Positions 23,421-38,907 of a stretch of DNA of 64,000 bases are shown piece by piece. Within the stretch, counting starts at the first letter, position 1; each line of letters opens with the position of its first letter. The notes below the pieces were generated by a model. That model was not told the DNA's origin. It ran no database searches and saw nothing but the letters and a program-made list of their open reading frames with translations. The position numbers and the translations under genes are program-made. Origin of the DNA: Setoptus koraiensis (Eukaryota > Animalia > Arthropoda); NCBI GenBank assembly GCA_048013815.1, contig CM106585.1:6386001-6450000 (forward strand), in the 5' to 3' direction.

Positions 23421-26400
23421 TCAGTCAGTCTGCCTGCCTGCCTCGCTCACTGACACACTAGCTATGCCGACTATATAGACAACGACAACAATACATACAA
23501 AGATATACATCCCGCCAATGGTGCAGTATAGTATGCGGGGCAACAAGTGGCATATAAACACTAAAAGTTCAAGCATAGATTATTCATTATCACCATCAGC
23601 GTCAATCAGTTAGCCAGTCACTTTCGTCAATCCAGCCACCTACTGACAACAATCTAACCGACTACTAATAAAATTTTTTTTTTTCATATATAACAATCAT
23701 TTACAATTAACAATCATCCCAGTTGGCTATTAGTTGGCCCCATTTACACCATGGACTGGCATCGCTCATCATCAAGCTGGCGAAACTTTATCTTGAAATG
23801 TGTGTCTGACATCCGATTCACCCAATTAATGTAATAATTGATACAGTAAACAGCAGCAGCAACAAGAACATTACGCCGATATAACAACCGCACAATCATC
23901 AATCCAATTGCAGTCTACGTCTCAGTTGGTTTAATCCAAGTGAACAATGAATAATTAATCGAGCCAACAACCAACAACAGACACACTGAAATGTGTAAAA
24001 CGATACCACATACCAAGTCCGTCGCAATTTGGTGTATTTGGTTGACATGTATATATATTACCACTATGTGACGCCACCAGCCCAACGCTCAGCTAATTAT
24101 CATGCCCCAACGAGACGATTACAGTCATCCAAGTGAACACTATGGTTTTAGCCGACCCAGCCGACACACACACAGAGCGGAAATCTTTTTCAACTTGCAC
24201 CATTTAGTCTGCGTATGGGGCCACATTTCCATGTAAGTGTTTGAAGCTTATGGTCGCTAGTGGTCGCACCATGAACGGCCAACCGTGAACTGAATCTATT
24301 CATACTGTTGGCGAATATTGGCGAATGAGAGCAATAAATCACTCACAGCCGTACCCAGGAAAACCTAGGAGCTGTTGCCGATTATGCTGGCCAGCTATTA
24401 GGCGACTCTCGAGTCGAGTTAGCAGCGGCAGTAGAGCCAGATCGGGCACTCGCCTCTACCACTGTTGCTCTCCAAGTCTCGGCCGTGATCGGCAATTATA
24501 TCAAGTCGGCCAACAATGCCCGCTGGATAACACTGCGCATCTCATTGGTCTCACTGATTGATTTGCTGATAATTAATGAATTATTTCAACGATCGCGCCA
24601 CTGTGTTTGCGACACTATCATGATTAAACTGCGAGCAATGCGATCTGTAGTATCTGGAGCACTAGATGATGACCGTTGCGCGCCGGCACCACCAGCAACA
24701 CATGATACAATATTTGTCGGGCCGGCATTATGTATTATTCTGACAGATGGTCGCAATACACAGTGGAGCCATTGTTTTGCGACAGTGGCACTTGTTGAGC
24801 CGAAATTGGCATTGTGTGACAATGGCCACACAATCATCATTATCGACAATATCAAATTGGCGTGTGTTCCTGTGTGAGTGTGTGTGTGAAATAGCTACTG
24901 GAAACGGCTGACTGACGGGCTTGTAATAGTCAGACGTGGCCCCCGATATTTGTAGCTCCCCTGTTGAGCGAATAGTGTTATCGTGTGCAGGAAGTGGCAT
25001 GTAATATTAGCCACTAGAAATTAGTGCAGCGCTCACAGATATCGATATCATCGAAAAGCAGACTCGATTTATCGATACGAATCTCTCTACTTTGGTCCAT
25101 CATCATGCTTGCGCGATGATGAACTGTATTGCTAATACAATCAATGTATCACTGTTTAGCAAATTGTGCAAATGTGGTGGCGCAATAGTTGTGATTTCAT
25201 GATGGTTGCCCTAGTCAATTGTTATACATTTGCTAGTGTCTCTTTGCTTGCCGTTGGCGAATCGACAGTGGCGCTCTGGGCCCTGCACGCTAGCCGCATT
25301 CGCGACAAATCAGCGCCACTGTCAGCGATTCACCATGCCACAAAACATATAAATACAGTTATAAATCGGTCAGATCTATTTTAGAGCGCATCCACAACAG
25401 TAGCAGTTCCTTAGCAGCGACTTTGGTTGCTCTATTGCAATATTTCAAGTCCATTGTTCAGTGCGAGTGTCTCACAAGTGTTAGTGTTTTATGCTGTGTT
25501 TTTCCTAAAAATCCCCATCTTGCCAACCAAATAGTCGATAGAAATTAGTGCAAGTCACATCCATCACATACATTGCAAATCACGCGCTTGAAACAACACA
25601 CAAATCAATAATTCTCGTGAATTGTCGTCGTCCACTTTTCTAATCGATATTAGCGCCGATAATTGCGTTCCAAAATATGCATTAACATTGCTGCCCGAAT
25701 GGCCCACTATCATATCTGCCCACGTGATCGTATATCGTTAATCTGTTGCTTGTATTAGCAATAAAGATGTGCGCTGGCAAATCAGATTTTCGCATTCAAG
25801 TTGACGCGAATATCTCATTAACACTCGACGGGCGAGTGATAGTGAGCTCTTGTGTAAATGCATTTATTTGGATCGCAATCATTTGCTTGCGCACTTCATC
25901 ATCGCTTCATTCGCAAAAAATCAGATTATTCATTCAAATTGCATTCAAATGGCACCAAAAGATGTCCCAATATTTTCCCATCATTGGCAAAACAAATTGT
26001 GTTCCGACAGTGAGCAAGAAGCAGTAACATTATGCGCAATTGGCAACTATGCGTACTCAAACCACACACACACAGACACACACACACACGTGCATTGAAT
26101 GGCGTCCAAGAGAGTGCACAGTTAATTTCGCCATTGAAGCATGTTAATTTGCGTGCGTACGCGACACATCTTCCACATGTGCCGTGCCATCGTGTGTGCG
26201 AGAGCCATGTCGCATTAATGGGCGACACAACAGCAAATTTTGTGCTTGTGTGTGTGTGACACGGCAACATGATGTCAGCAAATTGCTTTATCGCAGCATT
26301 TTGGCACATGTATGGAAATTCTCAACAAGGATCACGCATTAAAGGTAAAAAAAAGCTTGTACAATCCACCTGTAACCTGTCGCAGAGATATGTCGCAGCT

Positions 26401-27223
26401 CATGGGCGACGGCGGCAGCAGGTGCAGCCCCAGCAGCTATATAACCTTAATAAGCGGCGCCATAATGGTTTAATATCACCATATCACACAGTAATAACAA
26501 TAATGTGTCACCTTCCCAACGCGAGAGAGAGAGAGAGATTAAATGGAAAATAAGGACACCTTGCAAGCAGTTGATGGCTGGTGACGCTTTTATTGTCGGG
26601 CCCGCTGCGTTGTGATCCATGTGAGGCGGTTAGGGTCGCGGCAACGCCGACGCTTGTGCCGATTCACAGTACCTGCTGCTGCTGGCTGCAGAAATGTCAA
26701 ACACACTCGCTTAATGCCGCCGTGCTAAGCTCGTTGAGTGTGTAGAGTGTTTGTTGGAGAGTTTGTCGTATGGCGAGCTTGCCTTTGTGAGCTTGCCAGT
26801 CAGTCAATCAGTCAGTGGGTTGGATTGCCAGTGCCGCAAGTGTGTACCATTAGCGCACTTGTTGTTGCATGTTGTTGTCGTGAGTAGTTGCAGTGGTGCT
26901 GCGGTTGTGTTGTGTGCCTGATGGCGATGTAGATAACAGCAACGATGACGACGGTATGACGGATATATGAAGCCACAGACGCCGGAGTCGATGCCAGCGT
27001 GAGCACATCGTCGTCGTCCTCGTCGTCGTCGACTGTCTCAGTTGTGTGTGTGTGTCTCGGTCCCTGTTATCGCACACCTAGCCCAACACAAGCACGCCCC
27101 CCGGCGCCTATCCGCCAAATGCACATCCGTCGGGCATACCCGCTCGCAGTGCTCAATCAACGCTCAACAAACCCGTCCGCCCGACGCGCCGTCCGTCCGC
27201 TAGAAACGCCCGTTCGGCTCATC

Positions 27224-27309
27224 CGCTCATGGTGCCCAATCGACGCTCATGGTGCCCAATCGACGCTCATGGTGCCCAATCGACGCTCATGGTGCCCAAT
27301 CAACGCTCA
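27224..27309. repeat. 4.3 x 20-bp tandem repeat CGCTCATGGTGCCCAATCGA
   Basis: Direct reading. Confidence 0.95.
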
Positions 27310-30300
27310 ACAAGCCCGCCGAGTGAACCCGCTGAAGGGCTGGTTGGACACGCTTAGATAAATAGATCAATCAATCGATACTCATTTAGGGCGACACGAT
27401 GCCTAGCCAGATCGTATCTGTGGACCAGCACAGTCTAGTGGTGAATGATCGGAAGCCACAAGTGTTGTGTTGCCGTTGTTGCGCATTTACACGCAGACAC
27501 TCGAGCTTTTTATTGATTTGTAGTGATATATCTTTTGATGTAGTGCTCACAGCCAGTATTTGTGTCTGCTACATGCCACAATATACAATATAATATCGCA
27601 CACACTCACTCACATACTCATGTGAGCCTCAACAACAGCTACAACAACTACCCTCAAATAGATATATTTAGTAACTAGATTTCGGGCGATAAAATACGCT
27701 GCCTGAGCGCCAACAACCAGCTAGATAAACCGCCATCATCAGCCATCGTCGAGCCGCGCACCACTGTCACAACCGCCGTTGTCGGGCCACCGCTATTAGT
27801 ACGCGAATTGGCCACACCATTCGACACTTACTCAATGGTGCCACCATCTTGATTTCGTTCATGCTGGTGTCGCCAAACCCCGATTAACCTCACCCATTCA
27901 AACCTCATCACATAATCAACGATCTGCTTAGTTTTCATCCTCTAGCAACAGGCACCTCATCGCAATCACCATTATCGTCGTCGTCGTCGTCGTCATCATC
28001 ACTTAGACGGCCACAAAATCGTTCCCGCGAACAACACGGATCTCAACGAGCCAAAAGTAACGTGACATGACGTGATCAGGTCACCGCCTCAACTACAACT
28101 AGCACATTTTGTCGAGAGAAGGAGTCACATATGGCAGTGTACAAAGCTGGTTGACTGAAAGATAAAACTTGACAACCACTATGTTCACGGCCGTCTTGTT
28201 GCTCTCTTCCTATCATCGCTACACGCTCGACGTTTCTCGATCCCCACCAGCTCAACATTCATCGCCGGAACAGACCCATTTAACCCGTCAGGCGACCCAC
28301 CGGGCACTATTATCCAGTCCCGTGCGTCTTAAAACGTGATCGCGCCCGACCCACACGTCACCGGATCACCAGTGAACAAGCAAACCAAAACAGAGATGAA
28401 CCGGACACATTGTTGGCAAACAGTATTTTTGGGTTTTCCACTTTTGTTATCAAAATTTTATATCTATTAAAATCTCTCTATATATATAAATCTCTATGTT
28501 AAAAAATGTCCATCCTCCGCTCATAGTAGTTGGCGTGTTAATTCTGGCCTGTTAAGCTCGAATTTGTTGCTTTCTCTCCAGTTGCAGTTATCCCCGACAG
28601 GATTTTTGCGTTTCATTGGCGCATCGGCGTAAATCTTGTCAGTGGCCATCATTATGTTCGTTCACAATGGACCACTCACCAAACCAATACGTTCGCGGCC
28701 AAACGAAGCTACTCTGTCCCGTGGGGGCCTGACACTTAGGCACCTTGTCTTATGCTTTTGTTCCATGCACGATGATATATCCTATTGATGGGTGAGTCTA
28801 TTGGGTCAAGTGTTAAATTGGCCAGTAGTTCCATTGATGGGATACGTCAATCCTCATTTAAGCTAGCGCATTATTGTCCTAACGAGTTTGATTTTGGCAG
28901 TGACAATGCTGGTCATAAAACTCTATTAATTTATCTATGCTTTGCTTGTTGTTGCTAATGTATTATGTCATCAATATGGTCATGTTGTCCAACTGATAGG
29001 ATAATAATTGCTAGCCGCCTTATTTGGTTTTTGTTACTAGTACTACTTTATTTGTTTGTTACATTGTTAGAATGTTGTTGTTTCTTCTTTTGCAGCGATA
29101 GGAAATGGATTGGATGGTTAAATCGACGAAACGATATTGTTGTTAAATCATTGGTTGTGATGACTATAATGACACCTTGATATGGACCTTGAGTTATTGT
29201 TGTTGTTGTTGCTGTAATTCAATTGGATGTTAATAGTGTGATGAGTATGGTTATTGCTGTGACCATTTATGTCATGGTGGATTCCTGGTTAAATGCTTTG
29301 CTTGTTGCTGTTTCTATTGCTTAGATTGTCCATTGTTTGTTTGGGTCACCAACTCAAAATTAATATCTCCCAAATTGGCAGCTCATTCGGCTGACTGGCT
29401 GATGGTTTGCGCTGGTGAGCCCAGCCAGACTGGTCGTCAAGACTCAGCCTGGCCTGGCGACACAATTTGTGAGCTGGCTGTCCTTGCAAACTAGACTCTC
29501 ATTGTATAATTGTTACGGTGTTATGGTTCTTGTTCGGGGGGACTCCTTTCGAGTGTTGTTCTTGACTAAACGTACACTTTTTGATTCGGTTCTTGGCTCA
29601 CTTTGTTTACTTGTGTGACACCTATATAAATATATGCAAATATTCATATAAATATCGCTCCTGTGAGATATATAGTATTTGCCTCATACTGTTGAATGCT
29701 GGTTGTTATTAATTGATTCTACTAGCTAACTCATCGTGTTTGTTGTTGTGAGATATGTCTGAGTGTGAGTTTGTTTGAGACGTTTACTATATTTGATGCC
29801 CGTCTGAGTGTTATTGTAACTGCTGCTGATGGCCGATCTCTCTCTCAATCTGCAAATTAAACAACAGTTAGAGGGAGAGAGATCGACCATCATGACTGGC
29901 ATCGCCAAGACGAATAAGTTTTATTTTGGCCGGTCACTCTACTTTTATACCGAACACCATCGACAACGGCGACACTGTATTACAGATACATTTCGAGATA
30001 TGCGTTATCCGTTTTTGGGTGGTACACTTATCATGTTAACTGCCATTGCTGGAAGTGAATAAACTCTGATTGAGTGGACTTAAACAAGCGCAGTAATGTT
30101 GCGTAACATAGTGAGTGCTAGTTGATTGTAGTTGTAGTTGTGGCAGTGGAAGAAGAAGCCAATGACCATTGAGATAAAAAGACTTTACCAACGAGCGGAT
30201 GTTGCCCTCTCTTGTTGCTGTTGTTGTGTGACTAGAATAACACGAAGCACATGATGTATAATGGGCCTGCTCTAAGCCGAGTAAGACAACTTGTCAAGAT

Positions 30301-30581
30301 TGACTGCCCACAGGACGACGATACTATTATGCTGACCAAGTATCATGTATCCGGCTATCCACCTATTCTTCTCTCATGGGTCGTTGATCCTTTGCTTGTT
30401 TCTCTCTTTATTTTTAAACTTGTCTACTCGATGTCTGACGCCACTGTGATTATAATGGCAGCGCAACAAGTGAATCAGGAGCACGCCAATATTAATAGAT
30501 GGCGCAGAAGAAGCCCCTTGCAAAGGAGCAACTTCCTTCGCAGGCCGGCAAGCCCGCTAGCCAACCGGAGAGCTGGCAAGC

Positions 30582-30584
<3 letters not shown>

Positions 30585-30640
<56 letters not shown>
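30585..30640. repeat. (AG)28 microsatellite
   Basis: Direct reading. Confidence 0.95.
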
Positions 30641-30641
<1 letters not shown>

Positions 30642-32021
30642 CTAGTGAACTGATGAGGAGGAGTAGCAAAACAGCACCATCGGCTGCAGCATACTTCTGA
30701 CGTCTCCAACAATCGTTCTCATACAAAGTTCATTGCACTCCATATCTTTAGCTGACTAGCTTATGCCATTACTACTGTTAGCTTGAGCCGATACTTATCA
30801 AACATAAGTCGTCTCGGCCGTTGTTTGTTTGCTCACTGCGTGTGAGGCAACGTAAATGAAATTAAAACTTGAGATTCGTCGTCGTGATTGGGATGTGGCC
30901 AAGGTTGCATCTCTCCGATTCTATCTTATTATTCTCTTTCTTTGTCCATCTTTAAATCTTGTTCATGTTGTTGCTCGTCGGACGATATCAACTTACGTTG
31001 CAGAACGTTGTGCTTGTTGCATCACAAGTCCACACTTTAAATCCGTCACTACCACACACTGATATATAAGTTACCAGACCAGCGAGCAAAAACAAAAATG
31101 AAGCCACCACACGCACCGTCAATGAGCAAGAGAGGGCAACATCCGTTGAGGCAACCCAAGTCATTCAGTGGCAATTCTCAAGTTATCTCAATGGTCATTG
31201 ACTCTGCCGAGAAATGACAGCCAGCCAGCTAGCAGAACTGACAATTGTCCAGTTTTAACTCAATTGAAACGAAATGGCTGCACTGATTGTTGACAGTACA
31301 GGCTTGTCCTGCTGACCATTCGCAGTTTGCTGCTGGCACTCTGGCTGTTCTCTACGTAATTACGTAATGTTGCTCGAATCGCCTTTGTTTGTTCCACCAA
31401 AAACCAGAACTGTTTTTTTGTTGCATACGAACAACAAAACAGTGACACAGTGTTGCTGAATGCTCAAAATGTCCACTTGTTCTATCTGTCAGTCTCGCTG
31501 CTTGTCAGGCCGACAGATGTAAATTGTGGCATGTAGACCAAGAACACAGTAAACAGACCAGCCACTCCAGTTTGTAACAATTGGCGAGCTTTCTATAACC
31601 AGCAACAAGTCCGGCAACATACATCTTGTATCTGTCGACCGATTAGCGACTTTAACAGACACAACTATCATGGTACATGTACCAACAATTGTAAGCAATT
31701 AAAACCTTTGCAACTATTGCAACCATTGATAAACTGATTCAAAATTAAATATTCATAAGTGAATAATTCATTTTCCAATTCAAGCTTGGCGCCCTTCGCT
31801 TGGCGCGAGCATGCTCAGATAGATCTCTCTAGCATTTTTACATTTTTGGGTATATAATCAGAAATTCATACACTGGTTCTCGTAATACTATCATAGATCT
31901 TTATTTATTAGGCTTGTTATGACTAAATTATTGATAGCTAACCTATTATCATTATATCTATTCATTATCGTCGATGTTGATGACAAGCAATACAAGGATA
32001 CGCCAGCCGGCACGCCTAGAC

Positions 32022-32055
<34 letters not shown>

Positions 32056-32198
32056 CGCACAGCTTAGGCGAGGATATAACAATTTTGATCGTTTTAGTCT
32101 AGATTGGAATTAACGATAATGTTTGTTGTGTGGCCCCATTTATATCATACCAAATCAAGTCAGATCGAGCCAATTTGAGAAGGACTAAACAATCCCAA

Positions 32199-34916
32199 CT
32201 AGTGGCCTGCGGTAACCTTGTTGGCGCTGGGCATAAGCTGGCAAACACTTGATGCCGGTACTTTGACACCAGAAACAATTTCCTTCTCCACCACGGAAGA
32301 TTTGCCCACTGGCTCCTGCTCAACAACAACCGTCTTGACGGATTCCGTCCAATCTTGTCTGTTAGACAGCTTGTACTCGAAGTCCATATGGTTCAACGGA
32401 GGCAATGCAACTAGAGCTCTCAATAGATTCTCCAGGCACGAGCGTTGCTTAAACAAGGCATTGACCACCTTAGCGCCACGCTCCACCAACGGTGCCTTGC
32501 ATAGGTACGATAGTACGGACAAGACCGAGTTGAATGTTTGGTAATCGGTGGCTATTGATATAGAAGTAGGCGAAAATATTCTCATATTAGATTCTCACAT
32601 TTGACATATTGGCAGCTCAACAATGGGTACTGAGTTTGCGAGTGCAAGCAACTAACCTTTTTGGGTATTGTGAACCTTAAATTGAACTCGTTGGCACAAT
32701 TCAGTAATGAGAATCAAATCTATAATCAATGGTGCGGCTAGCAACGAATCCTCGCAAGTATTGTGTACTACCAAAGTGTTTTTTCCGCCCAACATTAGCT
32801 CGCTGATGTACTCGTCTAGGGCGCGCTTTGAGTCGGCCACATATGGAACGTATTTTATGACGACACAATGATCTGGATGGGACAATCCTTTGCCGTACAA
32901 CAGTTTGTTTGAGCCAACCATATCGTCCACTACGCTCGACTTGCTTATTTCCTTGCTTCTGAATTGCTGGGGTGCAGACAAATTGTAGCCGTCGTTGTTA
33001 CCCAAATGGTTGTAGCTTACAATTGAGCATGGCTTAATACCAGCGTTGACTAGAAAATCCACCAGTACGGATTTAAATTTTGTTTGGCCCGACTTGAAGT
33101 CGTCGCCGCCAATGAAAACGCCCTCCTCTTCGGCCATCTGAACTAAGCCTGGCACAAATGTATTCTGAGGTGAACCATTTATGTAAGCGGCGCCGGACAA
33201 AATAGAGGCAACAGCGTACAAAGTCGACGGAGCTATTTCGGACTCGTCGCTCTTGATGGCCTCCATTAAATTGGCTCTAGTATCGTGAACTCCTGCCTTC
33301 AGTTCGGTGTATCTCTCAGTGTTTGCGGTCCACAACACTATCACTTTGTCCAATTGATTTTTAGCTTTGAAGTCCTTGATGTCGGCCATGATTTGTTCAA
33401 CCTGTTGATATTTGGACATTTTCTCTGAGTCGAGAACATTGTTTGCGCGCTCAGCCTGGTTTGCGGCAACAAATTTTGGATCAAATAAGGCACGGCGAGG
33501 TTTCATGCTCTCCATCATAGGAATCAATTTCTTTTGTAGCGAAACATCGATCACTTTAGCGCGTTGCATTGATTGAGCCAAGTTTAAATTGGATATGTCC
33601 CAACCGTCCAAGTAGAGATCGTTGGGCGACACCATTGGAATTATGTCTTTCATTGGCAAGTGAGTGTCTTCGCCAGTTTCTGAATCGTTGCCCAAGTAGA
33701 CGGTAGACGATTGGGTGACACTACCAAAATAGTTTGGCTCCACAACACCATCCTTGGTCTCGAATGACATCTTGTATTTGTTGGCCAATATAGCCGCAGT
33801 GATTGTGCTACCATTGTTGCCTCCCCAACCAACAAGCATAACACCCGTCTTGGGCGCCTTGCTTTGGGTCTTAAAGGTTATGTTGGTCTTGAGTGGTGTT
33901 GCCTAAATCATATTGACGATGATACAAGGTTTTAAAGTGTGTTAGTCGATTGTTTCAATTTGTAATTAGTTAAACTCTTGTTTATGGTTTCGTTCGAAAC
34001 AACAAGCAAATTTAATGAGTTCATCATCATCAATTGATTTGTATATCGACTGTTGGCTGTCTAAATATCTATTTGTTACTAACTCATTATTGCTTTCTAT
34101 TAGTTGCGGTACATCAAGGTGCGGAAGTTGTTATTTCAGAGAGCTGTTTGTTTCTAATGAGAAGCTACTATTAATCTATTAATATTAATGTGTCTATGTG
34201 TGTGCGTATCAATGAACCAACCAATTTGATGAATGGCAGTAGATACTGGCAATGTACACAGCCGACACAGTCTATTATTACTAGCTAGGGATTGGAGCCA
34301 CTAATCGAGCGGATGATGATGAGCTACTACTAATCGACAATTGATGATTCATTGCCTACATTGTTATTGAATACCACTGTTTATCTCTCTACATGTGCAT
34401 TATTTTTGTCACTAAAACTAACTGTTGGCTTGTTTGTGTCGTTTTGTTGTTCCATTCATCTGACACTGTGATGAATGACCTCAGGCTGATTAGTTTTATC
34501 TCAAGTAAATGACCTGGCAATGGGTTCACATAACTTTATTGAAAACTGGCGCTCGCGCTTCCGTCAGTACTGATTGACGGAAGCGCCAGCCAGTGCATAA
34601 ACTATCATGTGATTACGTCACTTTGCATAAGTGATATAAATATCGGTATATCTGTGATACATCAGGTACTGTATCGGCGAGGCAAAGGTGTATCGACAAA
34701 ACAATGGATGGGGTGGCTCGGGGTTGGTTTAGGTTTGTATTTGGGTATCAACTGATATTATCAACTAACCTTTACAGTGTTGGTTTGTGCATCTTTGTAG
34801 CACTTGACATGATCGTATTCATAAAGACTTTCCACAGTGCCATCGGGTAAATATTTAACGTTTGGCGATTCAACTTTCAGCTGTGGATATACGAACTCAC
34901 TTGATGAAGCAGGCAT
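32199..34916 (-). CDS. ISYNA1: Inositol-3-phosphate synthase (MIPS/INO1), 3 exons (34916-34770, 33902-32657, 32551-32199), 581 aa
   Basis: [29 protein letters not shown] and [10 protein letters not shown] signature motifs. Both introns (867 and 105 nt) start GTTAGT, end AG and keep frame. Confidence 0.96.
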
Positions 34917-37900
34917 GCTGAAGGAATTGTTTTGTTTTGTTCTCAACTGTATTGACTGACTTATTGTTTACCTGTCCGAAACAACGAAAACCAATTGATT
35001 TGTTTATCGTTTAGTATATCACTGACGGGCTATTATTACTATCAAGCTAATTGTTTAATTGGACTGACACAACAAGTTGATTGGTGAGCGACTAGTTGTT
35101 GCAAACTGTTAATTATCTATCTAATTGATTGATTAATTTGTTATTGAATGCGGATGAAAATGACAGGCAATGCATCACTTTTTATATTGATTTTTTTCGA
35201 CATATTCATCCATCTACGCACAACCCCTCCACAAGAATAGTGGAGAGGTATGCAAAGAAGAGAGAAGAAACCACCAGATAGTATTATTAATAATTGACTA
35301 TACTTCTAGGGGACGATTCTCACTATATTATCTACTTATTATTACTATATTATATGTTGGTGCATGTGACAACGTCACAACGATCACCATCGCGATAATG
35401 CACAACAACGACGATATACAACAATATCAATCGTCATAGTCAATTGTAAAGGCTACTACTTATTATCATTTATTTAGCGATGGTTCTGCGAGTCATCAGT
35501 GTCTGACATGTGAATTGAAACAGAATTTTTAAGACCAACAATTTGGGCCAAAAATATTAGGTCTGCTTATTATTGTTATTATTATTGGCTAGATAAATAA
35601 GTTGCCCATTGGCAGCAATTGCATTGGCAGATTAGATAGATTGATTAGCGCAATGAACAATTTGTTGAATGTTCTAGGTCTGGGCTGTTAGGCGACCCTA
35701 GCAATGATGCATAACAAATAACGTAGAGAGTTTTGATTATTAAGATTTGCAACACTGTCACATTGTCGTTCTCTCATGGTAACTAGCCAGTTTGTTTGGT
35801 CGAGTCTGGTCTAGTCAAGTCAAGTCAAGTGTTGCTAACAAATGTCATCAAATCGAATAAACAAATGATGATATTTATTATCATTGATTGGATACTGACT
35901 GCTACTGCTGCTGTTGGCTCACACAGGGCGCTGTCACGCGCCCATATCATGTTAATTGAATGGCTATCAAAATTGTCTCGATAGATAAGTCGCCTAACCA
36001 GCAGTTTCATCACTTTATTTGACAGAGTTTATTGTTTGCTTGTTACATTATTTATTGTATATATAACAAACAATAAAACTAACTATTTTATTAGTTATCG
36101 TACTTATAATTTATGGTAATATGCAGTGGTGGTGTTAGAGGGTGCAATATGGTATCACTTGTTATGTCGTTGATACATCATCATGGTGGCGTCGATCATT
36201 GACTCTCTATACACAATGGTCCACATTGGTCACATGTCCAGCATGCACACAATTCAAATTGTGTAATTAATTGGTTATTGTGTGATATATGCGATAATGT
36301 GTGATTAGTCCGATTACATCAGCGCCTATCGAGCCGCTTATCGTGACGTCTTTATGTCAATCCAATGTCACCTTTTGGGCCCATTCCAAGCGACCAATGG
36401 CCAGCTCTCAAGCGGGTGCCTCAACTACCACTGATGCGGTTCTGAGGGGCCCGCAGGAACTGACTGCCAGTGGTCATAAATGAGCTTTTCCTTGTGAGGG
36501 TGTAACTCGAAAAATTGTTAAAATGTTTACAAACATGACAGAAAGCGAAACTAGTTTAGATAATTAAATTAGTGCGCGCGTCGTCACGACAACTGCCAGT
36601 CTACGCACGCACTATATGTTGTATCAATTGGACAATTGTATATATTTGTACAGTATATTTTTGCAGCAACAATCGAGCTTGGCCAGATTTGTTTTCGTTT
36701 TGGTGCCGATGCAAGTTGCAGATGGTCCAGATTAGCATAAAATCCGACCTGTGAAACTGGGCTATGCTCTGACCAGGCCAACTATGGGGGCTAGTTTGCG
36801 GGCCTGTCTACCTGTGTAAAGGCAACAAGTGACGCGACTGTTGTTCGTGTTATTTGTTGTTGCTGATTAATTGATTAATTGCAACAGATACTTGTGTATA
36901 CATGCAACTGGTGTGTGACGACACACACACACACACTTTTATGTGTCAGAAAGCAATCGTCAACAAGTTGAAATATCGAGGAAACAAGGAGCAATCCTCT
37001 TCAATTATGCAGTGTGTAATAATAGAGACATGGATGAGGATGAAACAACGGAAATTGAAAAAACTCCGGCAACAAGATGGATGTGCGTCGATGAGTGTGA
37101 CGCCAGCAAGTCTGGCATGACTATCAGACGTGCTGATCATGCTCACAACAAGTGAGTTAGGTCGCCTAACTCGCTTGCCAAGCTCGCAACAACGACGACA
37201 ACAACAACAACAACAGTACCACTACCATGTTACGTCATGATTGTGCAACGATCATCACAGTGCATCAAGTGAGTCTTGGACAGCGCAACAAGCCTCATTA
37301 GTGGAGCGATAAGGCAATATCGAGAGCTTGTTAGCTGACTGTTGTTACCGTTGAAGAGTTTGTCCGTAGATAGAGAGTGTTGTGAGGTAATGTTAGGGTT
37401 CTTGTGGCCCTATTAGAGGGGGCCGTTTGTTGTGTTTGTGTCTCTATAAATATCAGTGTGTGTAAATACAGCGGAGACACTTTTGTTTTGGCCAGCGCCG
37501 TTGGCTAACAAATTGGCCAACAAATTGTTTGCAATTTAGCCTGATACTCACGCTTGTCAGTTAACGCTGTTGGCGAGATATGAACTGCAACTAGCGGCCG
37601 CGGCGAGTTCGTCGAGACAATCAAGATGCGCATCATCATCATTCCAAATGGCGTCATCAGTCGCTGATGATCAGTGGCGGCACTAGCGAGCTGCCAGGCA
37701 AATAGTAGCCGGCCAAATAGTAATGTTCTCATGACCAATTATCTCCAAGTGACATCTTTCGAGCACATGTTTGCGTTGCGTCGTTTGTCTCGGCGCTTGC
37801 GTCTCGCTACGCCGCATATTTGTGCGTAATTAGCAATTGTGCATTTCGTGAGTATTTCGTGAGCATTTATTGTGTATTTCGTGGGTATCGAATGGGCATT

Positions 37901-38907
37901 TAGCGGGCATTTAGTGGGCACAAATAGCGAGCGAGAGAGAGAGAGTTGTCGCCCTCTTACTGTACTTACTTCTCTGTTAGATCGCTGGTGGGCGGCCGAG
38001 CTAGCTCGCCAGTTTGGTTCATTGGACGCAAACAATTTCGCTGCGACGGTTTGCGTGACGTCCGGCGCGAGTGTTTGCGTTGAGCCTTGTCGGTCGCGCG
38101 AGGTCAGTCGGACTGATCAAGTGATCCACTGATGGACCGATCTGCCAATCGCGCGCCGATCGACCGATCAGCAATCTCGCTTGGCGGATTCTGTCGCCGA
38201 CACAATGGGTCGCTGGCGTGCAGTTTCGAATCACCGATAACCGAACATGGAGCCATCCACACATCGAGTCACCCGAACATCGAATCATCTATGCATCGAG
38301 TCATTCGTACATCGAATGGTGGGATCGGCGAATTGGTCGCTGTTATCGAGGCGCAATCGGTAACAATGGCCAAGATAAGCCAAAACAACAAGATAAGAGA
38401 GATCGCTAGATCTCGCTAGTCAACAGTGCGCGAGCTGGCAGCCAGGGGTCAGCGCGATATGGCGATTGCGCCATTTGGTGCCATTTGGTGCCATTTGGCG
38501 CCAAACAACCGAAGCGCCAAAGACTGTCGAGTGAAGAGATAAAAGATTGGGTGCAAAAAGTGAGAATTGCGCAATAATGGCAACATGATGGCGTAATAAA
38601 GAATCACTAAGTCACGAGTGGCAGCAGTGACACTGTCACTGGCATAATGGCAACAATATGGCGTAATGGCGCCGGCGGGGTCGCGCGCGTGAGTGTGTTT
38701 AGAGGACAAGTGAACGAACGCTCGTTCAACATTATGTAACAACGACACTCTCTACTCGTGTGTCTGTGTACATAGTGGATACTGCATGCAATGGCCTAGG
38801 TGTGTTCGCTCGGTTCGACGATCGTTCCCTGGTCGTTTGCGTGGCCGCTGCGAGTTACATAATGCAACTTGCACTGGCTTTCGAGCTTTCGAGCCTTCGA
38901 GCTCGCC

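Noticed and set aside
9472-34916. PITP and INO1 (both phosphoinositide-related) 22 kb apart as a functional cluster
   Set aside because: Two genes with unrelated neighbours in between give no evidence beyond coincidence.
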